This document shows, piece after piece, positions 12,401 through 24,700 of a stretch of 64,000 nucleotides of DNA. The stretch is from assembly GCF_964204645.1 (NCBI RefSeq), contig NC_134028.1:3224001-3288000 (forward strand), in the 5' to 3' direction. The DNA comes from Tubulanus polymorphus (taxonomy: Eukaryota; Animalia; Nemertea). The position numbers and the translations under genes are program-made. The notes below the pieces were generated by a model. The model was not told the DNA's origin. It saw nothing but the letters and a program-made list of their open reading frames with translations, and did not search any database. Every line of letters starts with the position of its first letter. Position 1 is the first letter of the stretch.

Positions 12401-13738
12401 ACAATTGAGAAATCGGAGGCTGTTGAGCTGGCAACTGCAACTGACTACTTCTTATCAAAAATACATAAAGAGGATATATTTTGTCCTTATATTGTACGAT
12501 CTTTCTTGTCATTTTCAGCTTTTACTTGAAAATCAGTTGGAGATGGAAAAGCTTAAAGTCGAAACTGAACGGAAGAAGGTTTCATTGGCTTATGAACAGA
12601 TGCGTGAGAAGGTACTAAGGCATCCAAGTAGAAGTCGCATATTATTTCTACCGAAGCCTGATAACATGTTACATCTTCCTCTGCCTGTTTTCCGATGACT
12701 GCCACACTTCCACTGGTTCTCTACTAATCTTGCTATTACTGTTATGTTTTTTCCAGTCGGTGCAAGATACTCGACCACATACCACAACTCCTAGTCCTCA
12801 ACCATCACGGACGCGGAGCAGTAGTCAAAGTAGTGACGCCACTAATTTATTACCTCCTCTAACTCAGGTATTCATCAACGCAGAAATTACGGGTTCAATT
12901 CCTAAGTCAATGTTTTGAAAAGGAAATTGCCGTACTGGAAAAATAACTAACTAGGCACAAATATCTTGATGATGTGAAAAATTTATTTCTATTAATAGGA
13001 TGAGGTTTTGGAACACACTATGATGATGTCGTCATCGTCAGGCAGTAAACTCAGTCTTTATGAATCCATGCGGCAGAATGGAGCTGCAAATCTAATGGAA
13101 AACCTATCATCGCAGTTGAAACAAAGGGAAGGTGAAATTGCACAATTACAGGTTAGGATTTATTTGTGAAAATCTGTTCAGACGTGTCAAACTCTTTTTT
13201 GGATCGATATACATTCATCTGTTCTCCCGCCTGCGCGTTTCAGAATGAAATTGTTCAATTGGAGAAAACTAGAGAATCGATGGCTCGAGAACTGGTGAAT
13301 ATAACCAACAAAAACGTCGAATTGGAGGAGAAAGCAGATTTATATGAGAACTTATTAGCTAGATATAAGGTAAACACTCATTTATGCATAGATAGATATG
13401 CTTTAAGAGTGCATTATTTTGGTGCAGCTAAGACAGTCGTCTGACAGTCCTCCAGAGGACTCCCGAATGAAATGTAGTCAGTAATTTTCTCTTCTCGCCC
13501 AACAGGAGTTGGACCAACGCTATAACGCGATATTGACGATGTACGGTGAAAAGGTTGAAGAAACCGAAGAACTTCGTCTCGATCTCGTTGACATGAAAGA
13601 ATTGTACAAATCACAGGTATGACTGAAAACTATCCCGACATTCAGGTTCGAACCCTGACCCCCTACAAACTGCGGCCGAGATTCATTGGTCTTCGTTGAT
13701 TTATTTTTTAGATTGAAGAATTACTGAAGAAGAGTTAA
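6446..13738 (+). CDS. TMF1: TATA element modulatory factor 1 (TMF/ARA160 golgin), multi-exon, with a ~2.55-kb second coding exon
   Basis: N-terminus MSSSWWNASNFSSLATNALKSAQKQIDKVLEIQDE is the TMF1 signature. Also SGHTSADEIDTTTSSDIEIIS, coiled-coil exons EGEKLSKQQLQNSTVIKKLRAKEK and ATRPLLRQIENLQ, and C-terminal QLKQREGEIAQLQ...MYGEKVEETEELRLDLVDMKELYKSQIEELLKKS*. AATAAA at 14452. Confidence 0.95.
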
Positions 13739-15557
13739 CAAATATCTTTGAATGGTCAATGAGGGATGAAAACCACTTATTTCTAGTCTATAATGTATTT
13801 CATTTTACTGCTTTCCCGCCTGAAGTATACGTATTTCTGGTTACTCGGCCCGAGGCCAAACATCTTATAACGTATGCGGTCCACAAACACATAATGCGTT
13901 ACGTTTCTCTCGCATAATAATCACTCTTAAACCGTCTAAAGACATGTGTACATGTATTAGATATGATTGTGGTTCAACATTTTGAAACATGACTATTCAC
14001 TTGAACACTCAATAAGGCACTTGAATGAGGAAATGTCACAACGTAAGAACCACAGTGAAAATTAAACTTAAATCATTTTTTGGTGGTGTCAATTAGAAAT
14101 AATTTTCGTGGGATTTCGCTGTTGGTGTTTAAAACGTATTTTAGTATGGAACGTTGTTAATTTGATCGAGATGGTTTGCATCGATAGATCTGTGCATTCT
14201 GCGGTCAAAACCAACTGGGTTTTCGTGTTTTCGCAGTAGAATATCGCTTTCGAATGACATTATAACTGTGATATGTATTCGGTCCAATGGTTGATTGATG
14301 TAATATCTTTGATTTTATATATGTATATTGGGTATTTCTGATTTTAAACTGGGTGAACAGCTACATCTGCGCTGAGTGTCCGTGGCGAGAAAACACGACC
14401 GATCTGGGATCGATGTTTATGAACAAAACTGATCGTTAAATGTATCGATAGAATAAATTAATATATATTTTCTGTATAAATCATATCTTTCTCATCTCAC
14501 TCTTTAAAATGAAGAACTTGCAAGCAGCCGAAGCGGCTGGCGTTGGATTTTACCTGTCCTTTGGAGACTCCGTCCTTCCCACATTTCAAAACTACTCCCC
14601 TATGAGGTTCTTTCGGTTACATCTTTCGAAAAATACACGCCCTGAATTCTGAGAGGAATTAATGATGGAAGGACAGCGTCTAATTTCTGTGAAATCATCG
14701 CAGTCTTCACTTCTTGTGTTCGATCAGTTACAGTAACCTTACAAACAAATTAAGTTTTATATAGGCCTATTCTGACTTACGGAGGGACAAGCTCTTTCGG
14801 ACGGTGTAATAAAAATCTTCTCCATTTACCAAGGCTGCAGCGCTACCACCCTTTTCTCCTCGTCATCCATGCAGGGTTCTGAACGTCAGATTATACCATC
14901 ACCTGTCAGGAATAGGACCGTTACTTTCTCTTGCATATTGTGTGAACCTCATGACCTTCGAAATACAAATTTTCTAAAGAGGCGACGCAATAGCTAATGT
15001 GGAAGTGAGATCATAGGTTATCGACGAGTTTCTCAATTGCTTGCCTCACATTCGACTATTGGCCCAATCCGTAAACAAATTGACTTTAGAGTCGTTTGAC
15101 CAAGATGACCCACAAGTTAAGATCAAAGTTGAAGTTCCGTTTGATATCTGAGCTAAAACTAATATTTATCAAATCTCGGACATACAAACGCAACAGTAAC
15201 GAACTGAATTTCAGAATTTCATACCGAGACAGTTGGTCATGTAGAAAACTTGGTTTATGCTTATCGTCTAAGGTAATCGTTTTATCTATTCACCAAATCG
15301 TTAGTTTTAGTTCGATCAACGCAATCTCTGCAGCGAAATGGAATTTTTCTCATATCGAAGATATTTTGATTGATTCAGAGGATGTCACAGAAGAACTATT
15401 CACCGCCAAGTCGGTCATCTCTGACTCCAGTAACGGACCGTTCGTTGACTGGATTTGAGTCAGCCGGTAGCGCTGTGGTTCGCATGACCCCTAGTGGTAA
15501 TATCCTGCTCAATAACCGCAGAAAAAACACCTCCGGTAGTGTCAGCCTTATGGCGTG

Positions 15558-16184
15558 GAAGGGTCTGGCAAGAATCGTCGTTCCGATGGTAGGTGCAATA
15601 CTTTTGTGGGGAGGGAAGAGGGGGCAATACTTTTGTGGGGAGGGGGTTCTATTTGGGGGAAAAGGGCAATGTCACCAAAAAGGCACCCGAGATGATGGAA
15701 GCGGTGGCCGGACTGAGCGATCGCCGCAGGCGCGAAGCGAAGGGGGTGAGAAAATTTTGATATTTTTCCTGTTTTTAGATCAATTTACTGCAATTGTGCC
15801 ATATAAACAGGAATCGATCCAGGGACTAATGTAGCACAACCTATAAAAAGAGCATTATCCACGAAAAAACGAGGAAGGTCTGGGGGTCTTTCCTTCCCAA
15901 GAAGATTTTGGAGCAATATCCAAGCAATAATGACGTCCTGATGCAAATTGCTCGATTTACTACGGTAGTTTCCAGGCAATAAAGATGACTTTCAGAAGAA
16001 TGGTGTGCCTTTTAGGTGAAAATTATCTGCCTTGTAAAAATATGCCTTTTTCTACTTTTGTGATTGATAGGGATCACTACACGTGCCCTTTTTAATTTCG
16101 GGATGAAATTTTTGAGAAACATTTTCAAAAAATTTGAAAAACGGCACTTTCGCCAAACCCCTCGAACCCCTATATACGGACCCT
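15558..16184. mobile_element. Degenerate non-autonomous DNA transposon (hAT-like)
   Basis: GC-richer island with imperfect ends AGGGTCTGG... and ...TACGGACCCT, an internal GCAATACTTTTGTGGG duplication, and GCGCGAAGCGAAGGGGG / GGGGGTCTTTCCTTCCC...ATTTT motifs of the kind seen in invertebrate hAT MITEs. Confidence 0.4.
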
Positions 16185-18714
16185 AAGAGGATCGGTTTTG
16201 CTTAGAAAGAAAGTATAAAAGATTGAAAAGATTGAAAAAGATATTGCCGCACTAGGTGACTAAACAATACCCTCCGATAACAGTAGAACCATTCTAAAAT
16301 GTTTACTCTGTGATAGACTAGGTATAATTTCCCCATTTCGCAAAATAACACCGTCCTTGCATGGACGAAGAATCGTTACTTCTTTAATGGAATAATTTCT
16401 CACGCAAGACGCAGCTTCTGCTTGTATCACAGAATAATAGCTTACACAATGACAAAAACGTAGTTTATTACTAACGAGGCGTATACGTCATAAAAACAGA
16501 AAACCATAAAATACGTGATGAATTATTAGCAATTTCCAATACAACGGGGAAATGTGCGGTTGTAACATTTCGCTAATGTAACCGATCCGCGCGCATAACG
16601 GTGGAATTTCGTTTTAAAACTATATTTCATACGGAATAAATTCGAATATTTCAATCAAGATGTTGGATGTTCAGGTAAATCAGGTAAGGCTTAAACTAGA
16701 TACGATATAAAGAATAAATGTTGATTACTATGATACGAATTATGCTGTGTTAGTATAGTTTAATGCTCAATATCATATCATTCTTACAGAAAAAGATTCC
16801 AAATGGCCAAGCTCAACAAGATAAACAACGAAGGCATAGCTTTGAAAATATGAGCCAAAATATACAAAGGTACGCAATACACACCATCAAATAAATGATT
16901 TTCCAATTTAATTATTTCCTTCCTATCAGCTTTTGGTCGAGTCGACGAAAAGCTTTACTTTAGACGATAAAAGCTTCCTCAAAATGTTGATATCGAATGA
17001 ACAGTTCACGTTCAGGAGAATGCGTCGGCGATAAAAAAAATCGAAGATTGTTTATTCGGGGCAAATATCGCAATCTAGTCAGGAAAGTGCCATAGTTAAA
17101 TATAGGTTTACGTGATAAACATGATATATATATATAATTATCTGTTTTAAAGTAAGAGGCGTGTAAATATATTTCTGTGAATTCGGATAGAATTAGACCG
17201 CACTGCAAAATCTGACATGAAACAGGAAAATGTCCAACAAACGCATACACCCGTCGATGTTCAGGAAAAGGAAGACATTTGTGAAGAATCACGTAGCAAG
17301 AGAGCGTCGTAAATCTTTATTCAAAGATGGAAGTTTACCTATGAATATGCTGCTTCAACGATTGTCATCCAGTCTTTTACTTCATAGATGGAAACTTTCG
17401 TATGATACAGTAGGTCGGGCTACCATTGCGTAAGTTTATGAGATATTTTTGTTCATTCGCAATTACTTTATTCTAATCGAGAAGAAAGGTAATGGGGTGT
17501 CTAATGAACTGGCTGCTTCAGGCTGGCTCCAGCACCAACTGTGTAGCGACATATTCAAAACTACGGGCTTCTGTAATTTATAAGAATTCGTTTTAGATGA
17601 AATTCCTTTCGAAAACCCGACGAACGTAGCCCGATTAAGAAATTTCTTTTGAATTGCTGACTTTTTAATTGATCCCATATCTTATTGCTCACTCTTCACA
17701 ATTAACCGGGGTTATTCTTTCAAAATAACGACTGGCGGCGTGCTAGTTACGACGTTTCTCCGGATTGTAGCGACTTTATTCGACACATAAAAGCTTTTAG
17801 ACATTCGACGAAAGTATAAAAGTCAAGCTGCTCTGACGACAGAACGCATAATATATGCCATAATTGACAAATCGATGATATGAAATAAATTCACATCGCG
17901 ATGTTTCCCGTCATGCCTTAAAAGAGATATCCCAGATGAAAATATTCATAGCTGAATCTCACTGTCACACTGAACGGATACGCAGCGTGATGAGAGATGA
18001 ATAATGTAGAATTCAAGCTTATTCGGATTTACGTCTTCCAATCGCGACATCAAGACGAATGTAAGGTCAAGGTCAGGTGTATGCTTGTATTTGTAAGCGA
18101 AGTGAAAATGTTTACTAAACGCCGATTCCTGTTTGTATGATGTATCAGTGTAAAATAATCAATTTGGAAAAGATGCCAAAAACGTTGGTTTCACGAAGTT
18201 CAGGTCCGTCTTGAACACGTGACTGGAAATTGCGCATGCGTTGTACGAAGCGTCTTCGGATATTCATAATGAAAAGGGAAATGATTGAAAAAGTCAGCAT
18301 TGGACTTGTTGACCTAGAAAAAAAAATATTTCACAAAACTGCCACATACGTTCGTTAATGCTATTGAACTTGGTGGAGGTAATGAATGTCATAAAAATAT
18401 GTATGCGCCTTAGAGATCATTGTGATAAAATGTCAGTCGTTTCTTTTCAATCGCCTTTTACATATTATTTATGACAAAGAAAGTGAAAAGCCTTTGAATA
18501 GAAAACGAGTAACGCGGTTTTTTTATAAGTCGAATAGAAATGAACTCATACCGCGAGAGAGAATTGTTACGAATGCAATGTTTTCAGTCGTCCTTAGAGC
18601 GCAAAATCAAAAGGCGTTAGGTTGTGTATGCTTTTGGACTCGTCGTTTCTGTTATTTACAGCAGATTCGCGCAAAAAATACCGCCAAAATCTGGTGATTT
18701 TTTCTTCGAGCGAA

Positions 18715-21700
18715 ATGTCGCTTCCACAATTGTTGGTGCGGCCACCGGCACAGTCGGTGGCACCAACCAGAAAAGATTCATCGACTATATTCAAAGAAAG
18801 ACGAAAAGCTAGTTTACGTCGGAAAAGAAGAGACAGTAAATCAAAGACTAAAGATCGAAAAGAATCTAAGAAAATGTCGAAAGAAGAAGATCAAAGGTAC
18901 GGTGTTTATTGTTTTAGATACTAATCTCAGTAGGATAAGGTAAAAGGTACAACTGTATAAGTTCGGAATCCCGACTCCCGCCTGAACTGTCTGGAAATCT
19001 AGCAGAACCAGAACGATGATAACTTTTCAAATATCATTAAAATTTGATTGGTAATGAATATGGAAAAATGAAAATCTAAAATTTTGTTGTAAGAAAAAAG
19101 GTAGGCTAGGAGAGACTGAAACGTGTTTCAGAGGTTATTTTCTATAATGTTCACTAAGCTATAACGTGCACCCGATGACTTTCTCTAATTGACAAACAGC
19201 GTGCACAACCGTCGCGTTGGATACACGGTGGTGATACGTATCGACGATCTCGCTTGAAATATTACCTGATTAAACCAGATGAGAATATCATCATCAATAT
19301 GCATTATTGATGTATAAACTAGAGTTCCATATTACTAACATTGCCGACGACTTGTCCTGTATTTGTACGGCACAGTAAGCGTCCGCTGATATAACTAAAA
19401 CACTTACATTAGTGAAAGTATGAGTAAATGTTAACCTGTTTGAAATGTTACTCGTCGAACAATGCAGTATGTATGAATTAAGCTCCGTTAAGTAGCCAAT
19501 GTGGTGGTCACTTAGTAGATTCTAAAATGGATAAGCAAACAGCGAGACATTTGGTGGACGGCGCCAAATGGACAGGCATTTTTTGCGTAGACAGACTTTG
19601 ACGAGGTTAGACAGATACATTCAGCATGTGGAGGAAATCTTTACAATTCGTTACGAATAATCCATCTCAGGGCAGACGGCTAGGTCTAAGACTCTTAGCT
19701 TTATTGAGGTAAGAAATGTATCAGGTTCAAAAGTTTACCGATGATCTTGTTGAATATATTCTTAAAAAAAAAATGCATTTGACACGAACCTGGATTTTAC
19801 TATCAATCTATTTTTGTCACGTGAAAAAGTGATCACAAAGAATCTATCATTCAAACGCTTCACACGAATGTCAAAATAATTGAGTTGAAGAGTTTAATGA
19901 CAATCTTTCCAAATAGATCTAAACTGAACTAAAAGTATAATACGTTTTGAAACATCATTAGAGGTTGACATGAAGATTGGAAATAATGATAATGAATATA
20001 TATGGAAGTTAGAAAATTGAAATTTTGTTGTATGAAAAAAGGTACGCCAGCAGAAGCTCGAACCCGTATATATCAGCCAGGACTGTGTCCAGGTACGACA
20101 GGCTGTGCTACCAGGGACACTGTGCTACACCAGAAAAGGCTTCACCTCGACGAACTCAAAAATATGTATGGTTTACTCTGCGTCGCCTATGACGTAAATA
20201 TATGTCTGTACAAAATGCCTATCGTTTCAATGGCGTGGTTCCCGTTAGCTGCTGATCCAGCATCATTTTGAATAGTTGTACTATTTTCCGTGATGATAAT
20301 ATCGTTTACAATGCGCCATCATCAGAACTATCAACATCGGAATCAAACAAAACTCATGTTTCCCACGGTTGACAAAAATTGTATCGAATTCAATATTACG
20401 TGAACAAAACGTTGTTTACGTAACATCGTGAGCGTGTTTTCTGTCGTTAGGATTCGCGTAAATATTGTACGAGTATCGAACGAAATGGAACAAAACTTCC
20501 CAATGATTATGACGGACAGATTATATAATGACAGCTTTCGTCTATGGTCCTTGTCTGATCTATATTTGATGAAAAAAATTGCCTGCTTAATTTACGAGCG
20601 TCAATAAGAATGCCTTAGATTATAATGGAATCTTTCCAACACTTTTTCACTTCTGATAATACGAGTTGTCTTGCTTATATCACGATCAACATTCGATTCT
20701 TGTTCGGCGATGCATAGTCGAAAATAAATTAGAGCATTTAACATTACAATTTAGGAAATTATCGCTTTTAGCTCGTGTGAATGGTTTTGAATATTATGAA
20801 ACGTCAACTCAAATTATAGTCATAAACTTTTATTGCCGTCTTCGAATTTTTCGTTCGCACACATTTGACTGGGAACTAACGTAATCGTTTTATGATTTTA
20901 ATTTCACTTTCAAAGCCAAAGGAAGATACTCGAAAAGAAATCCAAACATTATAGCTTCTTATCCGCAAAAAATTTTCCCAATGATTATGACGGACAGATT
21001 ATATAATGACAGCTTTCGTCTATGGTCCTTGTCTGATCTATATTTGATGAAAAAAATTGCCTGCTTAATTTACGAGCGTCAATAAGAATGCCTTAGATTA
21101 TAATGGAATCTTTCCAACACTTTTTAACTTCTGATAATACGAGTTGTCTTGCTTATATCACGATCAACATTCGATTCTTGTTCGGCGATGCATAGTCGAA
21201 AATAAATTAGAGCATTTAACATTGCAATTTAGGAAATTATCGCTTTTAGCTCGTGTGAATGGTTTTGAATATTATGAGACGTCAAATCAAATTATAGTCA
21301 TAAACTTTTATTGCCGTCTTCGAATTTTTCGTTCGCACACATTTGACTGGGAACTAACGTAATCGTTTTATGATTTTAATTTCACTTTCAAAGCCAAAGG
21401 AAGATACTCGAAAAGAAATCCAAACATTATAGCTTCTTATCCGCAAATAGTGAATCCACATTAAAACGATCAATCTTTTAAATGGGCATTTAAACGTATT
21501 TCAGTGTGTTAACGACAGTCTTTCGATAAAGCTTAAGTGGAAAGTTTGGTTTTCTATGGTAGAACTATAGTTGATATTTCATCGAGCGTTAAGCCTTAAT
21601 AGGGACGCCTTGCAGCGCTCATGTCAATGGTCGGAATGACACTTTACACGCATTAAAATTTTTGATAAAGTAAACACACTGAAAAGTAATTTTTACCCTA

Positions 21701-24700
21701 TAGTCTGTTTGTGTTTATGCTTATTAATAAGGGATATATCTCTCCAGTTCAGCCGACATGACCCTCGAGTAATCATAGGCAATCGACATAGAAAAATGAA
21801 CTGAACGTATAGCTCGGCACGTTTTCGGGCTAAGGTGTCAATATACGTAGAGGTACCTTAGAACAAACATATATAAACTATCAAATAGATTTATACATAA
21901 CATGCAATACACGTGGCTATCGTTGAAATATTGACTGTTGGAATATCAAATGGATGTTGTTTGCAAAAACGAAGAAACGCAGAAAGTACAAAAATGTTGT
22001 CTGTGGAATTATTCGGGTTGAGAGCATAAGATTGATTAAGGATGAGTACGATACCTATAAATGTTGATTTTAAAAACATTTCGACTCATCCGATTGATAA
22101 AAAGATGTTGTCATTGGTCGGTCCGCGTCTTCTAGCCGCTTCGAAGGGCGGATCGCTGGCAACATCGACGGATTCATTCTCGATAAACTCGCAGACCACA
22201 TCACGACGCAACAGGTTCGTGTGGTTTTCACTGTTCAGTTTTTAGTTAAATAGAATTTTTAATTTTCTTTGCATTTATTGTGTGAATCCTTGTGAAGAGA
22301 CACAGTCGTCTTTTGTCGGGAACCATTTATTACAGGACTTGTCTTCATAATATCGCCATTTTCTTTTTCGAGTCCATACTTCTTTGAAATTGTCTATAAA
22401 TGGCAATAGGTAACTGTTTTCTTTATAATATATAGTTTTGATCGTGATGGGGTTGGCAACATACGTCTTGAAGAACAATTCAAACTGGAACACTTGCAAC
22501 AGTTGATGGACCTATTCGATAGCTTCAAACCGGCGGATGATGAACCTGGCGACCAAACACGGTCGATTCTTAAATTCATCAGTCGCAATGACAACAAACC
22601 GAAACGTGAACCGGGCTGTATGAATTTACAAGAGTTTAAAGACACAATAGCTGAGGTTCTGGCCACTGATGAATACAACGACCAGTTGGATAAACTATTT
22701 GCAAAGGTAAGGAAAAGCTGACAAGTTCTTTCAATGGCACAGCCTTTCAATCCGTCACTTGAGGTCATCCGTCGGTTGTGTCTGTTTTCTTCACAAACGC
22801 GTGTGTAAATTCTTGTTTTTTTTTTTTAAATCTCAGTTGGATACATCGTGCGATGGCTACGTAGACTGGAATGAATTTTGCACGTATATGCTACTGTTAT
22901 ACAGAGAAAATGATTACATGCAGACGAAAAAGGAAATTCCGTTCCGTTCCGAAGCTCGAATCCGGCACATTGTCTACAACAGGGTAATTTCTAGCTCTAA
23001 TTATCATTTCAAAATGTCGCTAATATTCTATGGATGGCTAGTAGGTGTATGAAGTGGTATCGCAGACAACCAGTTTCCTATTGAGGAATTTTTATCAATG
23101 TGTTTGATAATCCTTCTTAATGTCATATCCTCACGGCGAATCACCATGGCAAACTGATATAAACATTCAAGTAATCCCAAACATCATCTTGATTTAATGG
23201 ATACATATTAAAATGCCCAGACGGTGGTAAGGTCATTAGAAATTACATATGTTTGATCAATGAAATTGATATCTTATTCATTCCTATAGCAAGAAACCTC
23301 GACCAAAGTAATAGCGGTTGACAATCCCCTAAGATATGTGTCCATCAGTAAGGTAAGATATATATCATCTAGACATCGACGAGTGAGCTAACTGCAACTT
23401 TCTACTTGCTAAACTATCATCAAAATGTTTGCTTACAGGAAGGTGTTTTATCGATATGGGACCCGGTACACATGGTGATCGAGAAACACTTCGATATTGC
23501 ACCGGTTGAGGACGATCCTCGTGGTCAGAAACGACGATTTAAGACCTGGTTTACGGATTTGACATTTCTACCGAACTGTCATAAAATCGCCATCGCCTCG
23601 ACAAGTCGTGATATCAGATTCTACGACGTGTCGACTGGGCAATATTTTGAGGAATTCCATCTTTTCGGTATCTGAATTTATTTCTATGCGCACAAGATTT
23701 TCTCTTCGTAAAAATATCTTCTAATGAAATGATTCAAACCTTCCCGTATCTTCTTTTAGCACTGCCTGACGTACCGTACTCAATGGACTATCATTTCAAT
23801 GAACGAGTAAGAACTGATTAGAATATTCTTAATGAATTGCGATTTCGTTTTATCAAATTTGAACCTGATCAACATTTTGTACATTTAAGAATCCAAACGG
23901 AGAATCGGTATTCGTTTACGGCGATGACGCAGGCGCATTGAATGTTTTGTATTTTACCAGACCTGTCAGTCAATTGTTCGACACGCCTTTCATGGAAGAG
24001 AAAAAAGTTCAGAAGATATTCATGAAGGTATCGATTAGGCCTTCATCGTAAACCTTCTTTCCAGTCGTATTTGTCATTAATCTATGTTTTCATTAGATAA
24101 TGTCGTTGTTTTTACGTAACACAACAGGATTTGGGACATCATTCAAAATGGGTGCGTCACGTTGTGGCCATGGAAGTGATGCCGGACATTATAAAGAAAG
24201 TGAAATATATTCCCGATAATGAGAACATCATGTGCTGTTGTACAAATCCAAGAAGTTCTCTGGTCGTTTGGGACATAATGAGAAAGAAAAAGACGTATAT
24301 ATTCCGTATGAATAAGGTAATGCATGCTTGTAAGTCTGTTGATCTGATACATAAATATCTTGGTTTTGTTTTACCAATATTTCTTGTCATTTAAGGGATG
24401 TGAAACGTTCGATTACAATAAAAATCTGAATATTTTGGTTACCGGAAGTCCAGATCATATGGTCCGCATTTGGAATCCGTACGTTACCAGCAAGCCGACG
24501 GCTATACTTCAAGGTCATCTAACTGGTGTCATCGATGTCATTATACACGAACGATTTGGACAAGTTTTCAGTTATTCCAGGGACGCCGTAAGTTCTATAA
24601 TTTCAATATTTATTCATTTGTACGTGAGAAATGTATGAATTCAACGTGTTACGTTTTAGTGCAAAATTTACATAAATCAATGACCGCTAATCTAAATTCT

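Noticed and set aside
14500-15500. Exon-like segments with minus-strand splice signals
   Set aside because: All frames are interrupted by stops, one implied intron is only ~43 nt, and no protein is recognisable.
20666-21362. Twin 72-aa ORFs
   Set aside because: They start at TTG, lie inside an intronic tandem duplication and have no splice or homology support.
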